From Litoreibacter ponti (lineage in GTDB: Bacteria; Pseudomonadota; Alphaproteobacteria; Rhodobacterales; Rhodobacteraceae): 64,000 nucleotides of DNA. Below are positions 36,461-46,540 of this stretch, one piece after another (the first letter of the stretch is position 1; each line of letters starts with the position of its first letter). A model generated the notes under the pieces. The model had not been told where the DNA came from. It did no database searches and saw only the letters and a program-made list of their open reading frames with translations. The translations under genes were made by a program, and so were the position numbers. The DNA lies in NCBI RefSeq assembly GCF_003054285.1, contig NZ_QBKS01000002.1, positions 223,207 through 287,206 on the forward strand. The letters are read 5' to 3'.

Positions 36461-36691
36461 TTACCGCACCCGGCGGATCGGCAGCTGATTGCAGAACACA
36501 ACGAAATGCCGGCCATTCTCGACCGCCTGAAAGCCACGCGCCTCCAACGCGGCATAGAACAACGCGCGCCCCGCCAGCCGTTCCACATCGCGCACCTGGC
36601 GCTTCACGATCCCGCCGCGGCGCGCTTCGGTCGATGAGAAGATTTGATCAAGCCAGAGTTCGGGCGTCAAGTATTCGGGTAAGGTCGCCAT
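36461..36691 (-). CDS. small hypothetical protein (76 aa) between trpF and trpB
   Basis: MATLPEYLTPELWLDQIF..., in-frame ATG with coding-like codon bias. Family not recognised. Confidence 0.45.
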   Translation of the reverse strand: MATLPEYLTPELWLDQIFSSTEARRGGIVKRQVRDVERLAGRALFYAALEARGFQAVENGRHFVVFCNQLPIRRVR

Positions 36692-36725
36692 TGGGCGAGT
36701 GTCGCCCCGCTGGGTTAAAAGTCGC

Positions 36726-37364
36726 TTAACCAGCCGCGGCCGCGATAAAATCCGCAATGAGCGCCGCATCCTTGACGCCGGGCGCACGTTCGACGCCGGA
36801 CGAGACATCGACCTGATCCGCCCCGGTGAGCTTGATTGCCTCGGCGACATTCGCCGCCGTCAATCCGCCCGCCAGCATCCAAGGCACCGACCAGCGGCGA
36901 CCCGCAATCAGGCGCCAGTCGAAGGACAGCCCGTTGCCGCCCGGCAGATTGCCGCCCGTCGGCGGCTTGGCATCGACGAGAAGCTGATCTGACACCGCGG
37001 CATAATCCGCGAGCGCGGGCAGATCCTCTTCGCCAGCGACCCCCACCGCCTTCATCACGGGCAGCCCGAAGCGGGCGCGGATCTCGGACACGCGGTCGGG
37101 GCTTTCCTTGCCGTGGAGCTGCAGCATGTCGAGCGGAACCCGGTCAACCAGCCCGTCCAGCATCTCGTCGGACGCATCCACCGTCAGCGCGACCTTGGCG
37201 ATGCCCAGCGGCACGTCCAAGGCCAGCGTCCGCGCCGTCTCGAAGCTGACATTGCGCGGAGATTTCTCAAAAAACACGAAGCCGACATATCCGGCCCCCG
37301 CTTGCGCGCAGGCGGCCACATCCTCAGGGCGGCTCAGGCCGCAAATTTTTACCCGAACGGACAT
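36726..37364 (-). CDS. trpF: phosphoribosylanthranilate isomerase
   Basis: [16 protein letters not shown]..., a (beta/alpha)8 PRAI signature. 212 aa. Confidence 0.85.
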   Translation of the reverse strand: MSVRVKICGLSRPEDVAACAQAGAGYVGFVFFEKSPRNVSFETARTLALDVPLGIAKVALTVDASDEMLDGLVDRVPLDMLQLHGKESPDRVSEIRARFGLPVMKAVGVAGEEDLPALADYAAVSDQLLVDAKPPTGGNLPGGNGLSFDWRLIAGRRWSVPWMLAGGLTAANVAEAIKLTGADQVDVSSGVERAPGVKDAALIADFIAAAAG

Positions 37365-37371
37365 GGGAGGA

Positions 37372-37731
37372 TCAGCGCGCGGGCGCGCTGTCGTCGAGCA
37401 GGGCGAGGACCTCGTCCTTGCCCTCGTTGTTCTTGCGCTTGAGGCCTTTGACCTCGCGGGCGAGCTGCTCTTTCTCGCGGCGCTGCGCGCGGGCCTCGGC
37501 ACGGTGCTTGTGCTCGCGGAACCACTCCCAGACGAAGCCGATGAGCAAGCCAATGACGATGGCCGCGAAGATGATCACGAAAAGCGGCAATTCATAGGAC
37601 AGGGGCTGGCCCAAATAGGCGGCCATCTCGGACGGCAGCACCTTGATGGTGACCATGCCGCGATTGGCCAGCGCCACGAGGATCAGGCAGATGCCCACGA
37701 GGGCCAAAAACAGGTAGCGCAGGTATTTCAT
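37372..37731 (-). CDS. LapA-family / DUF1049 inner-membrane protein
   Basis: Two TM helices plus a charged coiled-coil tail. Conserved position between ihfB and trpF in alphaproteobacteria. Confidence 0.65.
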   Translation of the reverse strand: MKYLRYLFLALVGICLILVALANRGMVTIKVLPSEMAAYLGQPLSYELPLFVIIFAAIVIGLLIGFVWEWFREHKHRAEARAQRREKEQLAREVKGLKRKNNEGKDEVLALLDDSAPAR

Positions 37732-37765
37732 CAGCTCTCGAGCCTCAAGGTTGGACGTCTCGGTC

Positions 37766-38050
37766 TCAGTCGTGCCCGTTCAGTCGGTCGCGCAGCAGCT
37801 TGCCGGTCTTGAAAAAGGGCACATGTTTCTCTTCGACATGAACGCTCTCGCCGGTGCGGGGGTTCCGGCCAACGCGCGCATCGCGCTTCTTGACGGAAAA
37901 GGCCCCGAAGCCGCGCAGCTCGACCCGGTTGCCGGAGGCGACGGCGTCGATGATCTCTTCGAAGATGGTGTTCACGATACGCTCGACATCACGTTGGTAC
38001 AAATGCGGGTTCTCATCGGCGATCTTCTGGATCAGCTCGGAGCGTATCAT
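37766..38050 (-). CDS. ihfB: integration host factor subunit beta
   Basis: [36 protein letters not shown]...GRNPRTGE, classic HU/IHF fold sequence. Confidence 0.9.
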   Translation of the reverse strand: MIRSELIQKIADENPHLYQRDVERIVNTIFEEIIDAVASGNRVELRGFGAFSVKKRDARVGRNPRTGESVHVEEKHVPFFKTGKLLRDRLNGHD

Positions 38051-38303
38051 CAATCATCCTCCCCAGGACTTTGCGTTTGGCAGCGACCCTTGTCCGAGCC
38101 GTCTGTCCGGGGACTATAGGCCGAATAATCGAGCGGCGGAAGGCGTTTAGAGCCTCCCTGCCCCCCCATCATCGGGGAAAAGAGCGTGAAAAAATCGCAT
38201 CTCGACGCGGGTGGCCCAAGAATAAGGCAGCGCAAAGGACGCCCGACCCCGCCACCCGGGATGCGATTCGGCGCGCGCGGACGGCATGCGGTCCGTATTG
38301 CGC

Positions 38304-39125
38304 TCACCCGCGTGCAAGCGCGGCGTAGAGCCGGGTCAACACCCGCCGAACCTCCGGCAGATGACGGTCATCGTGGTGAGTGACGACCCATTGATCATGG
38401 GCCAGCTCCGGCACCGTGTCGCCCACGCGGACGAGCCCGGGTTCGCGATCGCCGATGAAGGTCGGCAGCAGTGCCTTGCCTCGGCCCGCGCGCACGATAT
38501 CGAGAGAGTTGCGCGGGGCGGTCACCTCGAAAATGGCGTCGCGCCCCACTCTGGCGTCCAACCATCGGGCCGACGGCGTGTCGGCCAGCACCTTGACCCA
38601 AGGGCGGTCCTCGGCGCCCTTCAAGGCGTAGGGCGCGAATTCGTTGCGAGCGGTCTTGCGCCCGGCGAGGCTGGCCTCGCGCGGACGCTGATTGCGGATA
38701 CCGATCACCACTTCGCGGTGGGCAATATCCAGCGCGGCCTCGGCGGCGGCGAAGCGCAGACGCAGGTCCGGCGGGGTGCCGGTGAGGGCATCAAGCAAGT
38801 CCAATAGGTGCAGCACCGTCCAGCTTCCGGCGGAGATCTTGACCAGCGGCAGCGTCTCTGCCGCCGGGCGCGCGGTGATTTGGGTGATGCGGGTTTCGAC
38901 CTCGGCCAGCTCATCGCGCATCGCGCGGCCCTCGTCCGTCAGGGCGTAGCCGCGGTCATGGCGGGCGAACAGCTCGCGGCCCAACGCGCGTTCCAGCGCG
39001 AGCATCCGGCGGCCCAACGTCGCCGGGCTGCGTCCGGTGGCGCGCGCGGCCGGCGACAGCCCGCCATCGCGGGCGACGGCGAGGAACAGGTTCAGGTCAT
39101 CCCAGGATACATCCTTTTCATTCAT
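38304..39125 (-). CDS. LysR family transcriptional regulator
   Basis: N-terminal HTH (WDDLNLFLAVARDGGLSPAAR) plus LysR substrate-binding domain. Confidence 0.85.
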   Translation of the reverse strand: MNEKDVSWDDLNLFLAVARDGGLSPAARATGRSPATLGRRMLALERALGRELFARHDRGYALTDEGRAMRDELAEVETRITQITARPAAETLPLVKISAGSWTVLHLLDLLDALTGTPPDLRLRFAAAEAALDIAHREVVIGIRNQRPREASLAGRKTARNEFAPYALKGAEDRPWVKVLADTPSARWLDARVGRDAIFEVTAPRNSLDIVRAGRGKALLPTFIGDREPGLVRVGDTVPELAHDQWVVTHHDDRHLPEVRRVLTRLYAALARG

Positions 39126-39218
39126 GAAATGATCACTTCATTTCCGCTCATTTCGTTGCACCCCCAACTGGCGGTATCACCGAAGCGAAGTCAAGCACCC
39201 CTAATGATGGAGAGCCCT

Positions 39219-39476
39219 ATGCCCGAGCATCTGAAGACGGACCAATCTTTCCCGAACCCGCGCCCAAGTGCGGCGGCACAAAAGGCGCAGGCCTTCTACG
39301 AGCTGCATGGCGGCCATGGGCCTGTGTTGATCTTCTGGCTGGTGGATCGGCTCTATCGCGCGATCCGGCGCATTGAGACGCCCCCGCCCGAGACGACACT
39401 GCCGTGGGACCGCGTGCGTGCCGCCAAGGCAGGCGCGCCAGACTTTTTGGAAAAGTCTGGGGGCAAATCCTTCTAA
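39219..39476 (+). CDS. small hypothetical protein divergent from LysR (about 85 aa)
   Basis: MPEHLKTDQSFPNP... with GGAGAG ribosome-binding site. No family recognised. Confidence 0.4.
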   Translation: MPEHLKTDQSFPNPRPSAAAQKAQAFYELHGGHGPVLIFWLVDRLYRAIRRIETPPPETTLPWDRVRAAKAGAPDFLEKSGGKSF

Positions 39477-39487
39477 AGGATTTGGTC

Positions 39488-39510
39488 GCAATTTCTTTTC
39501 AAGAAATTGC
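39488..39510. promoter_or_regulatory. perfect 10-bp palindrome gcaatttctt ttc aagaaattgc
   Basis: Read directly. AT-rich and unusual for this genome. Confidence 0.3.
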
Positions 39511-39516
39511 CCCCTC

Positions 39517-39552
39517 AAAAAGAAAAAGGCCCCGCTGTCTCCAGCAGGGCCT
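39517..39552 (-). terminator. rho-independent terminator downstream of rpsA (bidirectional)
   Basis: ggccctgctgg aga cagcggggcc flanked by A/T runs on both sides. Confidence 0.6.
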
Positions 39553-39577
39553 CCAGACTTCATATCGCGACAGGCGC

Positions 39578-41257
39578 TTAGTCGTCGTCGGATTTCAGCG
39601 CTGCACCCAGGATATCGCCGAGCGATGCACCGGAGTCGGAGGAGCCATACTGCTCGACCGCCTCTTTCTCTTCGGCGATCTCGCGGGCCTTGATCGACAG
39701 GCCCAGACGGCGGGTCTTGGCGTCAACATTGGTCACGCGCACGTCGACCTTGTCGCCCACCTGGAAGCGCTCGGGGCGCTGCTCTGCCCGGTCACGCGAC
39801 AGGTCGGAGCGGCGGATGAAGGACTTGGCGCCCTCGTATTCCACCTCGATGCCGCCATCCTCGATCGAGGTGACCTCGACGGTGATGATAGAGCCGCGCT
39901 TCACGCCCTCGGTTGCCGTGTCGAAGGAGCCGTCCAGCGCCTTGATCGACAGGGAGATGCGCTCCTTCTCGACATCCACCTCGGTGACCACGGCCTTGAC
40001 CATGTCGCCTTTGCGGAAGTCCTGCAGGGCGTCTTCGCCCCGGCCTTCCCAGGTGATGTCGGACAGGTGCACCATGCCGTCGATGTCGTTGTCGAGACCC
40101 ACGAACAGACCGAACTCGGTGATGTTCTTGACCTCGCCTTCGATCTCGGTGCCGACGGGGTTGTTCTCGGCGAAGACTTCCCACGGGTTGCGCATGGTCT
40201 GCTTGAGACCAAGGGAGACGCGGCGCTTGGCGCTGTCGATCTCCAGGACCATGACTTCCACTTCCTGCGAGGTGGACACGATCTTGCCGGGGTGCACGTT
40301 CTTCTTGGTCCAGGACATCTCGGAGACGTGGACCAGACCTTCGACACCGGGCTCCAGCTCCACGAATGCACCGTAATCGGTGATGTTGGTGACGCGGCCC
40401 TGATGCGTGCTGTCGAGCGCGTATTTGGCGGCTACGGCCTCCCACGGATCGTCCTGCAGCTGCTTCATGCCAAGGCTGATGCGGTGGGTCTCCTTGTTGA
40501 TCTTGATGACCTGCACCTTGACCGTCTCGCCGATCGACAGGATCTCGCGCGGGTCGTTGACCCGGCGCCATGCCATGTCAGTGACGTGCAGCAGGCCGTC
40601 CACACCGCCCAGGTCGACGAAAGCGCCGTACTCGGTGATATTCTTGACCACGCCGTCGACCGCCTGGCCTTCAGTGAGGTTGCCGATGACCTCGGCCCGC
40701 TGCTCGGCGCGGGACTCTTCGAGGATCGCGCGACGCGACACCACGATGTTGCCGCGGCGGCGGTCCATCTTGAGGATCTGGAAGGGCTGCTTCATGCCCA
40801 TCAGGGGGCCCGCGTCGCGCACGGGGCGCACGTCAACCTGGGAGCCGGGCAGGAAGGCCACGGCGCCGCCAAGATCGACGGTAAAGCCGCCTTTGACGCG
40901 GCCGAAGATGGCGCCATCGACGCGCTCTTCGTCGGCATAGGCCTTCTCGAGACGGTCCCAGGCTTCCTCGCGGCGGGCCTTGTCACGGCTGATCGAGGCC
41001 TCGCCCCGGGCGTTCTCGACACGGTCAAGGAACACCTCGACCTCGTCGCCCACGGACAGATCGGCGCTCTCGCCGGGTTCTGCGAATTCTTTGAGATCGA
41101 CGCGGCCTTCCATTTTGTAGCCGATGTCGATGATGGCCTGACCGGCCTCGACCGCGATGACGCGGCCTTTGACAACCGAACCTTCGTCCGGGGTGTCCAT
41201 TTCGAAGCTTTCGTTCAGGAGGGCTTCGAATTCCTCCATGGATGCGTTTTGAGCCAA
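39578..41257 (-). CDS. rpsA: 30S ribosomal protein S1
   Basis: 559 aa with six S1 repeats and typical MAQNASMEEFEALLNESFE start. Confidence 0.95.
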   Translation of the reverse strand: MAQNASMEEFEALLNESFEMDTPDEGSVVKGRVIAVEAGQAIIDIGYKMEGRVDLKEFAEPGESADLSVGDEVEVFLDRVENARGEASISRDKARREEAWDRLEKAYADEERVDGAIFGRVKGGFTVDLGGAVAFLPGSQVDVRPVRDAGPLMGMKQPFQILKMDRRRGNIVVSRRAILEESRAEQRAEVIGNLTEGQAVDGVVKNITEYGAFVDLGGVDGLLHVTDMAWRRVNDPREILSIGETVKVQVIKINKETHRISLGMKQLQDDPWEAVAAKYALDSTHQGRVTNITDYGAFVELEPGVEGLVHVSEMSWTKKNVHPGKIVSTSQEVEVMVLEIDSAKRRVSLGLKQTMRNPWEVFAENNPVGTEIEGEVKNITEFGLFVGLDNDIDGMVHLSDITWEGRGEDALQDFRKGDMVKAVVTEVDVEKERISLSIKALDGSFDTATEGVKRGSIITVEVTSIEDGGIEVEYEGAKSFIRRSDLSRDRAEQRPERFQVGDKVDVRVTNVDAKTRRLGLSIKAREIAEEKEAVEQYGSSDSGASLGDILGAALKSDDD

Positions 41258-41495
41258 GTTTTTAGTGTCCTAACTTAGGGTTTATGCGGGCCGAGCGGTT
41301 GTCTCCGCCGGTCTTTGGGTTTCGGTTGGTCCGGGTGGCGTTTTCAAAACAAAGAGGGCCGGTGTGACCGACCCTGCTCGCCTTGCTGCTTATACCGCTG
41401 CCTAGACAGGCGCGCGTATAGCGTGGGCTGGCGGAAAGGGCAAGCCTTGCACGCCCTTCATCCAAGATCAGACAGCGCGCATACGCAACCACCAG

Positions 41496-42206
41496 TCAGC
41501 TTTCGCCACAGGAGATATAGTCGCCGGTTTCCTGCAGCACCTGTCCCTTGCACCAGATCTGGGTCGCGCGCACGTAGATGCCCTTCTGGCGCGAGGCGCG
41601 CTCGAGCCCCGGCAAGGCCAGATTGGCCGCATCCGCACTGTCGAAATAGACCACCGTGCGGTACCAGCCGTCGCGGCGCAGAATATCGGTAGAGGTGCCG
41701 GGCAGCCGGTCTTCGATGAATTGCTGCTCGTCCTGCGCGGCCTCCAGCGTGCGGTCCGCGCCCAGGACCACCAGCCAGTCCGGAATCACGACGGGGGCGT
41801 TGCCGGGCACGGCCGCGACGGACACCTCGCCATCCTCGGTCGTGGTCACGCTAAGCTGATCCTCGGATCTGAGGTAGCCGGTGACATTCTCGATCTCCAG
41901 CAGCGCGGCCAGCTGCTCCATCTCCTCGGCGTCGCAGTTGGCATCGCTCAGACACCCGCCGCTGATCTTCACCTCATCAAGGACCGAGCTCTGATCCGTC
42001 AGCTCCTTGACCTCCTGCGGGGAGATGTTGAAGCCAAGGGCCGCGATCTTGATGTTGATATTGTGGTCCTGAAAGGCCTTGAAGAACGCCCCTGCCCGCT
42101 CTGCGGTCAGGTCGGGCCGCACGAAGAGCGAGACGATCAGCACCAGGATCGCCGCATAGACCAGGGTTTGCAGACCAAGCTTGATGGCTTCGAACGTCTC
42201 TTTCAT
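41496..42206 (-). CDS. membrane-anchored hypothetical protein (single N-terminal TM, periplasmic domain with Cys pair)
   Basis: 236 aa, directly downstream of the RTX gene. No recognised family. Confidence 0.55.
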   Translation of the reverse strand: MKETFEAIKLGLQTLVYAAILVLIVSLFVRPDLTAERAGAFFKAFQDHNINIKIAALGFNISPQEVKELTDQSSVLDEVKISGGCLSDANCDAEEMEQLAALLEIENVTGYLRSEDQLSVTTTEDGEVSVAAVPGNAPVVIPDWLVVLGADRTLEAAQDEQQFIEDRLPGTSTDILRRDGWYRTVVYFDSADAANLALPGLERASRQKGIYVRATQIWCKGQVLQETGDYISCGES

Positions 42207-42281
42207 GGGGGCCTCTTTCGCGCTGTCTTTGCAGGCAGCTTAGCGCAAATGCCCCGGAAGCCGGGCGTGAAATGGCATTGG

Positions 42282-42314
42282 GGCCGCGGGCGGGAACGAA
42301 CCCCGCCCGCGGCC
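42282..42314 (-). promoter_or_regulatory. 13-bp-stem GC hairpin immediately 3' of the RTX gene
   Basis: ggccgcgggcggg aacgaac cccgcccgcggcc with no U-tract. Confidence 0.4.
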
Positions 42315-42326
42315 AGCGCCCAGAAA

Positions 42327-44231
42327 TCAGAGCAGCAGGTCGTTGGCTGCCAGTTCGTTGACCCATTTCAGCTCGACGCCCATATCCGCCGTGCCGTCGC
42401 CGGTCTCGTCGATCCACAAGATGTCGCCATCAAACATCACCTCGCCCGCGCCGCCGCCCGACAGGGCGTCGACCAGGGTGAGACCGCCGAAGCTCGTCAG
42501 ATCGATGCGGTCCTCGCGACTCTCGAAGCCGTAGACCACGTCCATCTCGCCCGCGACCGTGCCGCTGTCGCCGGAGCGGAAGACGAAGGTGTCGCGCGCG
42601 TCGTCCTTGTCCCATCCCTTGATCTCGTCGACCCCGGCCCCGCCGATCAGGATGTCGCGCCCGTTGCCGCCGGTGACCTCGTCATTGCCCGCGCCGCCAT
42701 CGACCGTATCATTGCCGTCGCCGCCATGAACCGCGTCATTGCCAAGGCCACCTTGGACCGTGTCGGCATGATCCCCGGCCCAGACCGTGTCGTCGCCGTC
42801 GCCCGCGTCGATCGTGTCACGGCCGGCATCACCGCCGATCGTGTCGTTGCCCGCGCCGCCCTGCACGGTGTCTGAACCCTTGCCGGCCCAGATGGTATCG
42901 TCGCCCGCGCCGCCGTCGAGCGTGTCACCGCCATCGCCGCCACCCAGCGTGTCATTTCCTGCGTCGCCGCTGATCTGGTCCGCGCCCTTGCCGCCCCACA
43001 GCTTGTCGGAACCATCTCCGCCCGACATCACGTCGCGCCCGGTGTCGCCGCCCATCTCGTCGTCGCCCGCGCCGCCATCCATGGTGTCATGGCCCGCGCC
43101 GCCCCAGAGCTTGTCCGCACCGTCGCCGCCCGACATCAGATCGTCGCCCCTGTGGCCGCCGAGCGTGTCGTCATCGGCCCCGCCATCGAGCGTGTCCGCG
43201 CCGTTGCCGCCCCAAAGCGCGTCGGCCCCCTCGCCGCCGGTCAGGCTGTCGGCGCCATTGCCGCCACCGAGCTCGTCATTGCCCGCGCCGCCCTCGATCG
43301 CGTCATCGCCGTTGCCGCCCCAGAGCTTGTCGGCGCCTTCACCGCCGCGCAAGGTGTCGGCCCCATTGCCGCCGCCAAGCTCATCATCACCCGTGCCGCC
43401 CTCGATCTCGTCATCGCCCTGGTTGCCCCAAAGCTTGTCATTGCCGTCGCCGCCCGACAGGGCGTCATTGCCCCGGCCACCGCCCAGCGTGTCGTTGCCA
43501 TCACCGCCGTCGAGCGTGTCGTCGCCAATCTCGCCCCACAGCTTGTCATTGCCGGCCTCGCCCATCAGCGTGTCGTTGCCGCGGCCCCCGCCGGAGGTGT
43601 CGTCGCCTTCGCCGCCATAGACCGTATCATCACCGTCCCCGGCCCAGATCTTGTCATTGCCCGCGCCCGCCTCGAAAACCTCATTGGCAGCGGCGGACAG
43701 GCTGTCGGAGTATTTGCCGGAATGCAGCGTCTCTCCCGCGTCGGTGCCGAAGACCACATTCTCGCCGTTCACGTAGTAGTTCAGCCAGCCCGCGATGTCG
43801 TCGACCCGCTCGTTCTGGTTGCCGTCCTCGTTGACGAAGCGGCCGTCGCGGTATTCGAACCCGATGTGGTAGATCGCGTCGGCCACGGTGTTGATGAAGG
43901 CGCGGCCCTGGAATTTCAGCGTACCGCCATCGCCCTGGACAAGGTGGAAGCCGGTCTCCTCATTGCCATCGTCGTCGCCGTGGCCTTCGACGAATTTCGC
44001 GTAGAGATCGGGGTCGGCGCGGATGTAGTCGGAGATCGCGCGCACATCATCGGGGCTGAGCCGCCCGTCGGTGTTGACCCCGGTGGCGGCCATCGCCTCG
44101 GCGATGACCTCGTTCATCAGGCGGGCCGCGGCCACACCACCGGCGATATCCTCATCGCTGGTGCGTCGCTGCAGACCGGGGTCCGAAGCCGTGTCGAGGG
44201 CGATCTGGTCGAGGGTTGGAATTGTCTGCAT
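42327..44231 (-). CDS. RTX-type calcium-binding repeat protein (hemolysin-type nonapeptide GGxGxDxUx repeats, about 40 copies)
   Basis: 634 aa. N-terminal non-repeat domain, then a long run of GGAGNDTLxGG-type repeats, then a C-terminal non-repeat segment typical of T1SS substrates. GGAGGA ribosome-binding site. Confidence 0.85.
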   Translation of the reverse strand: MQTIPTLDQIALDTASDPGLQRRTSDEDIAGGVAAARLMNEVIAEAMAATGVNTDGRLSPDDVRAISDYIRADPDLYAKFVEGHGDDDGNEETGFHLVQGDGGTLKFQGRAFINTVADAIYHIGFEYRDGRFVNEDGNQNERVDDIAGWLNYYVNGENVVFGTDAGETLHSGKYSDSLSAAANEVFEAGAGNDKIWAGDGDDTVYGGEGDDTSGGGRGNDTLMGEAGNDKLWGEIGDDTLDGGDGNDTLGGGRGNDALSGGDGNDKLWGNQGDDEIEGGTGDDELGGGNGADTLRGGEGADKLWGGNGDDAIEGGAGNDELGGGNGADSLTGGEGADALWGGNGADTLDGGADDDTLGGHRGDDLMSGGDGADKLWGGAGHDTMDGGAGDDEMGGDTGRDVMSGGDGSDKLWGGKGADQISGDAGNDTLGGGDGGDTLDGGAGDDTIWAGKGSDTVQGGAGNDTIGGDAGRDTIDAGDGDDTVWAGDHADTVQGGLGNDAVHGGDGNDTVDGGAGNDEVTGGNGRDILIGGAGVDEIKGWDKDDARDTFVFRSGDSGTVAGEMDVVYGFESREDRIDLTSFGGLTLVDALSGGGAGEVMFDGDILWIDETGDGTADMGVELKWVNELAANDLLL

Positions 44232-44472
44232 GGGATTGGCTCCTCCGCCATTCTTGGGTCCTAGAGTGAGTCCGATCTGCCTGCGCCCCCTCTAGCAAAG
44301 CGCGCGGCGGCGCGGCTAGGACCCCCGCGCGGCTCGGCAGGAACCCGAGCATGGCGCGCCCGGGTGGCGGCAAAATCCCGCCCGCCGCTCACCAAGTCGT
44401 TGGGTGCACGTGAGGATCGGCTGGTCCATGCTCAGCGCAGTGCGAAACACCGCCGCCTTTCCGGAGCCGCCC

Positions 44473-45840
44473 ATGACCCTGTCCCGCCGCCAATTTGGAA
44501 CCTCGCTTGCCGCCGCCGCGGCGCTCGCCCCCGCCGCGTTGCGCGCGCAGGGCAAAACCCTTGCCGCGTTGCAAAGGGACCTGCTCTCGGGCGACGGGGA
44601 CATCTTCTACCCCGCGGTGCACGCGCTGGAAGATCGCGGCAATCCGGACATGGCCGCTTCGCTGATCGTGGCGCTGCGCTTCTCCAACGGTGCGAAGGGC
44701 GAGATCGTGAAGGCGCTGCGCACCGTCACCGGAGCCAATCCCGGGCGCGACTGGTTCGACTGGATGCTCTGGCAGGAGGCCAACCCGCAGATCAAGCCGC
44801 ATCCGAGCTTCATTGCCTTCAAGCGCGACACGTTGATCCGCATCGATCCCAACTTCGCCGACTTCCTGAAGCCGCGATACCTGAAGCCAGAGCGCATGGG
44901 CATCCGGCTGGAAGAGATCACCTGGGGCGGGGTGCGCAAGGACGGCATCCCCAGCCTCGACAACCCGCGCCTGATCCCCGCGGCGGACGCGATCTACATG
45001 CGCGACGATGACCTGATCTTCGGGGTCGCGATCAATGGCGATGTGCGCGCCTACCCGCTGCGCATCATGGGCTGGCACGAGATGTTCAATGAGACCATCG
45101 GCGGCGTTCCCGTGGCGCTGGCCTATTGCACGCTGTGCGGCTCCGGCATCCTGTTCGAGACGAAGGTGCGCGGGCGGGCGCGGCCGCTGGTCTTCGGCTC
45201 CAGCGGGTTTCTCTACCGCTCCAACAAGCTGATGTTCGACCGGCAGACCAATTCGCTGTGGAACCAGTTCACCGGCAGGCCCGTGGTCGGGCGGCTGGCC
45301 TCGTCGGGCCTTGAGCTGAAGCAGCGCCCGGTGGTGATCACGTCCTGGGCGGAATGGCGGCGCGACAACCCGAGGACCAAGATCCTGTCGCTCGATACCG
45401 GGCACAGGCGGGACTACGGCTCGGGCGTGGTCTACGCGGAATATTTCGGCTCCAACGAGCTGATGTTTCCCACCAATGTGGACCAGCGCAGGCACCGCCA
45501 GAAGGACTACGTCTTCGGCATCCGCAAGTTTGGCGGCGCGAAGGCGTGGCCGCTGACGGCCTTCCGGCGCAAGAAGGTGATCAATGACGGGATGCTCGAC
45601 ACCCCGCTGGTGCTGGTGGGCGACACGACCACCCGCACCGTGCGCGCCTATGAGCGCGGCACTCTCACCTTCCGCCAGAAGGGTGGCGGGTTGGTGTCCA
45701 ATGACGGGCGCAGCTGGCAGGTCAGCGAGGACGGTCTGGTGTCCGGCACCACCGTGCTGCCGCGCGTGGCGGGGCATGTGGCGTATTGGTTTGCGTGGGA
45801 CGGGTATCTTGGGGCGCGCAGCGAGCTGTACAAGGGCTAG
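44473..45840 (+). CDS. Tat-signal DUF3179-family protein
   Basis: MTLSRRQFGTSLAAAAALAPAALRA twin-arginine motif. About 455 aa. Confidence 0.65.
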   Translation: MTLSRRQFGTSLAAAAALAPAALRAQGKTLAALQRDLLSGDGDIFYPAVHALEDRGNPDMAASLIVALRFSNGAKGEIVKALRTVTGANPGRDWFDWMLWQEANPQIKPHPSFIAFKRDTLIRIDPNFADFLKPRYLKPERMGIRLEEITWGGVRKDGIPSLDNPRLIPAADAIYMRDDDLIFGVAINGDVRAYPLRIMGWHEMFNETIGGVPVALAYCTLCGSGILFETKVRGRARPLVFGSSGFLYRSNKLMFDRQTNSLWNQFTGRPVVGRLASSGLELKQRPVVITSWAEWRRDNPRTKILSLDTGHRRDYGSGVVYAEYFGSNELMFPTNVDQRRHRQKDYVFGIRKFGGAKAWPLTAFRRKKVINDGMLDTPLVLVGDTTTRTVRAYERGTLTFRQKGGGLVSNDGRSWQVSEDGLVSGTTVLPRVAGHVAYWFAWDGYLGARSELYKG

Positions 45841-45864
45841 GCGCTTTCGGCTGGTTTTGGGATT

Positions 45865-45929
45865 TTGAGTATTTTTTGCCAAAACGAAGCCAAGGCGATT
45901 TGCTGGCGGCGGGCGCGTTAACCTTAATG
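45865..45929. repeat. interspersed intergenic repeat (R1 + R2), second copy
   Basis: ttgagtattttttgccaaaacgaagc ... gcgcgttaaccttaatg. Confidence 0.55.
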
Positions 45930-45934
45930 TCGGG

Positions 45935-46540
45935 TTAAAGCTTGGCCTTGATGTGAGCGACCGCCTCGGCCACGGCATCCTCGATGCTCAAGTCTGACGT
46001 GTCGATCAGGACGGCATCGTCTGCGGCCGTCATCGGGGCAGCATCACGCTGGCTGTCGCGCGCGTCGCGTTCCTGCAGATCGCGCAAGACGCCCTCGCGG
46101 CTGACGTCCTGGCCCTTGCCGCTGAGTTCCAGATAGCGCCGCTCGGCCCGCACGGCGTCCGAGGCGGTGACGAACAGCTTAACCTCCGCATCGGGGCAGA
46201 TCACCGTTCCGATATCGCGCCCGTCGAGCACCGCGCCGCCCTCGCGCCGTGCGAAGTCGCGCTGAAACTGAACGAGCGCCGCGCGCACCTCCGCGATGGC
46301 GGCGACGCGGGAGGCGGCTTGGGCCACCTGCGACGTGCGCAGATCCTCGCGGGCGGTGTCCTCTGGCGCGAGCGCGCGGGCGGCGGCGACCGGATCGGCC
46401 CCCTCCAAAACCTTCGCGCCCGTGGCGCGGTAAAGCAGCCCGGTGTCGAGATGGGCGAAGCCGAACGCCTCTGCCACGCGCTTGGACAGCGTGCCCTTGC
46501 CCGCCGCCGCCGGGCCGTCGATTGCCACCGTGAATTTCAT
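45935..46540 (-). CDS. cmk: cytidylate kinase
   Basis: [34 protein letters not shown]... P-loop. Confidence 0.9.
   Translation of the reverse strand: MKFTVAIDGPAAAGKGTLSKRVAEAFGFAHLDTGLLYRATGAKVLEGADPVAAARALAPEDTAREDLRTSQVAQAASRVAAIAEVRAALVQFQRDFARREGGAVLDGRDIGTVICPDAEVKLFVTASDAVRAERRYLELSGKGQDVSREGVLRDLQERDARDSQRDAAPMTAADDAVLIDTSDLSIEDAVAEAVAHIKAKL

Noticed and set aside
42787-43620. Pro/Ser-rich 277-aa + strand ORF, plus the 43089..44264 + ORF.
   Set aside because: Antisense to the RTX nonapeptide-repeat coding region. Low-complexity translation of GC-rich repeats.
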